Positions 58,575 through 64,000 of a stretch of DNA of 64,000 bases are shown here, piece by piece; position 1 is the stretch's first letter; every line of letters starts with the position of its first letter. The DNA is from Eledone cirrhosa. Lineage: Eukaryota. The stretch covers positions 46,066,001-46,130,000 of the forward strand of contig OZ024744.1 of assembly GCA_964016885.1 (NCBI GenBank), given 5' to 3'. The notes below the pieces were generated by a model that did no database searches, was not told the DNA's origin, and saw only the letters and a program-made list of their open reading frames with translations. The translations under genes and the position numbers were made by a program.

Positions 58575-58855
58575 ATATATATATATATATAGAGAGAAAA
58601 AGATGAAATCGAAATTGCAACTGGAGTATTTTTTTTTTTTAAATATATATATTTATTTGGTTCCTTTACCGGTTTCGCAGTCTTTCTGCTGTTCAAAAGT
58701 AGAGTTGAGATGGAGGGTCTGTGGTTTTTCTCACATCTCACATGGTTTTTCTCACCAGACTTTTGAAAAGCAGAAGAACTGCGAAACCGGTAAAGCAACC
58801 AAATAAATATATATATATATCTTTAAATAAGACTCCAGTTGCATTTTCGATTTCA

Positions 58856-58928
<73 letters not shown>

Positions 58929-58930
58929 CA
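58575..58930. mobile_element. TA-flanked fold-back element with paired minimal hammerheads
   Basis: Arms ~58597-58700 and ~58760-58862; right arm CTT-TTGAAAA-GCAG aagaa CTGC-GAAA-CCGG-TA^AAG. Confidence 0.75.
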
Positions 58931-59428
58931 TCATTATCATCATTATCATTTTACGTCCGCTCTTCCCTGCGTGCAAGGGTGGGACGGGTCTTATTCAGCA
59001 CAGCATCTCCCACTTGTCACGGTCCTTCGTCATCTCCTCCGTGAGCTTCAGCCATCTGAGGTCTGTCCTCACCACCTCCGCCCATGTTTTTCGTGGTCTA
59101 CCTCTACCACGTCTTCCTTCAACTGGCATTTCCTGGCACTTCTTTACCCATCGGTCATCCTCCATGCGCATCACATGTCCATACCACCTCAGTCTCCTCT
59201 CCTGTACACTACGTTATATCCCTCTCAGACACAGTTTCTCTCTCAACACATTCATGCTGGGTCGTTTGACACTGCACATCCAACGGAGCATGCTTGCCTC
59301 ATTTCTCTTCAGCCGTTGCATATCCTCTGCAGTTGCTGCCCATGTCTCACTACCAGGCATCATATAACTGGCCTTTCGTACGCAGGGAGAAACCCTTCTT
59401 CGTCAGCAGAGGAAGCAGCTCCCTAAAC
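58926..59428 (-). mobile_element. RTE 3' fragment
   Basis: Colinear with 6520-6942, plus CAT tail. Confidence 0.9.
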
Positions 59429-59580
59429 TATAAACAATCTATAAACAATCATCTGGTTGTGGAACCAACCAACCAACCGGAAATTTATAAATTCCTAAAT
59501 TTATAAATTTATTATAATAAATTGAAGTGAAACAACTGGTGCGTGTGTTTCTTATTGGCAACATGACCCTCCCAAAGTAT

Positions 59581-59649
<69 letters not shown>

Positions 59650-60729
59650 TATGTGTAGCGAATCTATCTACATGTTGTTCCCTGGGTAACATTTAACGGT
59701 CATTTTCTGTGTTAACTCCTTTTGAGCTGAGATTGGGCGACCTCAAAAGGTCAGCCCTTCGTTCTCAAGCCTTGGAGACAGAGGACATGATATAGATAAA
59801 TAGCCCGTCTTAGATGAAGCCAAGCAGTTTGGAGCATTTCTTGATAAAGTAAACGTGTAAACAATTGCTTTCCACAGACCCCATTGGTCTCAGTGACTCT
59901 TACTCTCTCTCTTTTTCACCCAATCTCTCTCTCAACCCAGCCAGTGAAGTTCATGAAGTTTTCTTGATAAATAAGACTTCAACTCTACTTTTACAAACAA
60001 ATAATGTACATAATTCCTGTGTATTTTTCATATAGCATTGGCGTAAGCTATTTTCAATAAATTAATAATACAGCAGTTTTGTGTTATCATGGTTCATTTC
60101 TATATATTGATTTTCTGTATGATCAAGGAACTATCATATCATCATCATCTTAATGAACACTTACTCACTTACCTGAACTCATGCAACCTGTGGTCACACT
60201 ATCACACAACAGTGACCACACCACACAGCAACAAATGAACCAACACTAATACACAATCAACTACCAACACAACCCTCAAATTATTGCTATATATGTACAC
60301 AGGCACATATGATGGCTGCCCCTCGTTATCAAGTATGGCCATTGCTCGAAAAAGAAATAATAATAATAACAACAATAATAATAATAATTGTTTCTACTTT
60401 AGGCTTAAGGCCAGCAATTACCCAGTGCATTACTGGTACTTTATTTTATCGACCCCGTAAGGATGAAAGGCAAAGTTAAACTCGGCGGGATTTGAACTCC
60501 GACTGTAAAAGGACGTAACTATGCTAGAAAGCATGGCGTCCAACCCTCTACCGATACTGCCAATTCAATAATAATAATAATAAATTATATATATATGTGT
60601 ATATATATGTATAGTCACACACACATACATATACACACACACACATACATATAAACACACACAACAATTAACAGTGTTACGATCGAATGTGGCTTTTTAG
60701 CCCAGCCAATAATTTAAAATGTCTTGCAC

Positions 60730-61120
60730 AGCATATACTCTATATGTGCAGTATTTATACATAGCGTATATATTGTCTATATGTAGCATATACTCTATAT
60801 ATGCAGTATTTATACATAGTGTATATATTGTCTATATGTAGCATATACTCTAAATATGCAGTATTTATACATAGTGTATATATTGTCTATATGTAGCATA
60901 TACTCTATATATGCAGTATTTATATATAGTGTATATATTGTCTATATGTAGCACATACACTATAAATGCAGTATTTATATATATAGTGTATATATTGTGT
61001 ATATGTAGCTCATACACTATATACATATTATTTATATGTATATATATATAGTGTATATTTTGTGTATATGTAGCACATTCACTATATATATAGTATTTAT
61101 ATATATTTATATATATATAT
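60730..61120. repeat. AT-rich ~56-bp minisatellite (related arrays at 38430-38670, 51530-51900)
   Basis: Repeated GCAGTATTTATACATAGTGTATATATTGTCTATATGTAGCATATACTC. Confidence 0.85.
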
Positions 61121-61124
61121 ATAT

Positions 61125-63826
61125 AACGAAGGAAATGTGGTAAGGAACCAGGTGGACCATAACGCACCAAAGTACTCAATACTTGAGGTAGTAGAGTGGG
61201 TAATAGGAACCAGTAAGACCCCGACAGCTGAGCTCAAGCCGTTTCGACGGCTAATTCTGGACTAAATGAAAATTTATCCTGGTATTTAAATAGCCGATCT
61301 TCTCAAGGGGTAATTCCATATATGGTCAAAGTGATTGTCAAAAATCAGTAGTAATTCTGTGGTTGCAAATTAGTAGGGGAGATGGTGGCTAAACCTGCCA
61401 GTAGGAGAAAGAGGGGAGGGGGTGGAGTAGACCCAATCAAGCGTTGGTAGTGCCAGCTACAGCTGGGCATGAGGTCAAAGAAGATACAGGGGAGGGGGAG
61501 GGGGAGGAAGTAGGAACGGTAGGTAGAACAATGGGGGGTAGAAAAATATATATAGGAAAGAAAAAATACTGAGAGTGAAGAAAAGCAAATAAGTGTAATG
61601 AAAAAAGTAAAGTAAATTAAATTCTACGACCTAGGTCTCAGGCTATTGTTAGGCTAGAATAAAATAAAGAAAGAAAGAAGTAAAGAAATAAATAAATAAA
61701 TAAATAACGAAATAAGTAAAAGAACTAGGTGGGACGGAATAGGCAAGGACCCTTTTAAGAGGTATAAGTACGTAAATGATACGGTGACGGGTCAACAAAA
61801 GGGGCCAAAATACTAAAGAGACTACCACGAAATAAACAATAAAGGTTTCCATCCCGGGTCAGCAACGACCCAGTGCAGCAAAGTGAACTTGTACGAGATA
61901 ATAATTCTGAGTCCCGAGAAAAATATATACTAATGCTAACTCTAAAAGATCTAAAACAAGCTACATGAAAGTTCGTACGAAATAAAGGTAGAATACGGAG
62001 AAATAAATTCAGAATCCACCCCGCCCAGAAGAAAAGCGAAGCAAGAAATACTGAAACGAAAAAATAAGGCATAAGTGCCACTAAGAAATATAGAGGGCAC
62101 AGAGAATAGTGGGAGCGGTCGGAAAAAGGGGGCAAGTATCCGGGGTCTAAGCCAACTGCTATAAAGGGCGGAGTCCGCCAAATCTATCATAGACTAGGGG
62201 AGGGGGTGGTGGGGGTACTAAGGCTACATGGGGCCAAAGGGCAGCCTCGGGTGGGCGAGAAAAGACGCCGACAAAGGAGAAGAGCTGGGGTAGAAGGACT
62301 AAGGAGAGGGGGGGGAGGAAGGAAATAAAGGAAGCGATAAAAGAATACAAAGAAGATCTTACGTCTTCCTTGGCAAGCAGGGGTTACCCATTGCAAAATC
62401 GGCAAGTGGGGTGTTATAGCCCTAGTCTACCCCCCCCGGGTCATTATGGGGTTTGAGGGCGAGGTAAGTCTTACGCAATCTATGTTTACATGCAGTGACC
62501 AGTTCATCTTTCTTGTTTAGGAGTTGGTCCGTCGAAAACAGCATTTGTAAAGTTTCCTCCGAGCATAAATTGCACGGACGGCGTCCTCCCGTGTAAGAAT
62601 TGGCTCTGGACAGTAATCTCCAAGTGAGATCATAGGTGATGTTGTTGTCCTTGAGGTCCCATATGTGGCCCGAAAGTGTAGTGGCGTGACGCCGGGCCGG
62701 GTTTCGGAAGGTATGTCTATGTTGGTATAGCCGGGTCTTGAAGTCGCATGCGGTCAATCCTATATAAGCTTTGTTGGAGGTGTCCGTGCTCACGTTACAC
62801 TGGTAGATAACATTACGGTCTCTGCATCTGTTGTCGAGGGGGCAACTTGATCTATCAGGACAGTTGCACCTCCTGGTCGGCTCTCCACTGCTATTTGGGT
62901 TGTTTCTTCCATCGGGGTTGAGTTTTTTGTTGTTGGAGGAGACGATGTTTTGTGCGAAGTTAGGTGTAAGAGAGTTTGATGGTATTTTTATTAATTATGT
63001 TGTGGTAGCGGTGTTGTGGTGGGAAGTGTTTTTCCATGAGCCTAAAGAAAATATTCCCGATGGGAGTTATCACCTCGGCGTTGTGGGGACGATTGAACCA
63101 TGTTACATTTCGTGAGCGGCGGTGTCGCCTGCTGGTTCCGCTAATGGGAGCTGGACAGTAGGATATTTCCTCCCGGAAACCACTCCGCTTGAGGGCCTGG
63201 TTGTAGTAAGGCGCGTGTTCATCGAATATCCTCTCATTAGCTGACAAACGGGATATACGGAGGGAGATGTTTTTGACCAGGTTATTGGTGATGTTCCTGG
63301 GATGGTTAGATCGGCGGTGGATGTAGTGCAGATTGTCATTGGGTTTCCTGTGTGGGTAGTACAGGTCATTGTTGAGATCGAGGGTAACGTCCAGGAAATT
63401 AACTCGGGTCAGGGACGTCTTTAGGGTTATTTTAAATCCCCAGTCGCGGAAGAAGCTGATTAATTGTTTACGGACCCGGTCTGTACTACTGGGGTTGTAC
63501 CCTTTAAGGGTAAGGAGCCCATCATCACGGTACAATCCACCACCAAAAGCCGGAAACATATCGGTGAGTTTGGCTATCAGGAATAATCCTATAAGATCTG
63601 TGACCTCCGCCGAGTCGGTAACGCCCATGCTGACGTCGAAGGGTGAGTCGGGAGCTCTTTTTATCCATTTGGAGTTGTCAAAGAGTAAGACTGTCTTCCT
63701 GGCGTGGAGGATGATTTTTCTTTCCTGGTCGGTGATGGGCACAAGTGCTTCGGCGAAGTCCAAGGTGGCAGTGAGTAGCGGTAAGGTGATTGAAGCGTAG
63801 TAGCTCTCTATGTCGAACTGGATAAA
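61125..63826 (-). mobile_element. Penelope-like element 3, 5'-truncated (Naiad-like)
   Basis: QFDIESYY, MGVTDSAEVTDLIG, GGLYRDD, NFLDV; CNC..CPLDNRC; YIGLT..FKTRL GIY-YIG; CNLC..CKH; ~1.3-kb 3' UTR with hammerhead, ending in (TA)n. Confidence 0.93.
61218..61311 (-). ncRNA. Type I hammerhead ribozyme, U3-A8 core variant
   Basis: ACCCC-TTGAGAA-GATCGGCTA..TAGCCGTC-GAAA-CGGCT tgagctc AGCTG-TC^GGGGT. Confidence 0.78.
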
Positions 63827-64000
63827 TTATTTACTTATTTATGTATTTCTTCAGCTTATTTCTTAGTAACCAGATTCCGCTTATATTTCTTTTCTCTCTC
63901 AGTACCTTTTACAGTTTTACATTTTCATCGTTCTACTTACCGTATTGACCTCCTCCCCCTCCTCTCCCCTGCCTCCTCTTTGACCTCACACCTAGCTGTA

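Overview
AT-rich, repeat-dominated animal DNA, most likely a coleoid cephalopod such as Octopus (inferred from the style of the C2H2 zinc-finger genes and SINEs). The host component is a tandemly duplicated C2H2 zinc-finger cluster: one intact 192-aa gene at 49037-49615, pseudogenes at about 11360 and 35726, and small remnants. Most of the rest is mobile DNA: three large Penelope-like elements (RT plus GIY-YIG), RTE LINEs with a PHD finger inserted inside the RT, tRNA-derived SINEs, an hAT element with intact TIRs and TSD, Helitron-type non-autonomous elements, a solo LTR, and mini/microsatellites. The main finding is a recent, non-coding 310-bp tandem repeat at 39338-41690. Each unit carries a type I hammerhead ribozyme, which makes it a retrozyme-like, probably circular-RNA-producing element, and the array is folded back into a palindrome with ~1 kb arms between (TA)n tracts. 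At least nine other TA-flanked fold-back elements occur in the window. Several carry outward-facing hammerheads, including U3-A8 core variants. All RNA folds were read by eye, not computed.
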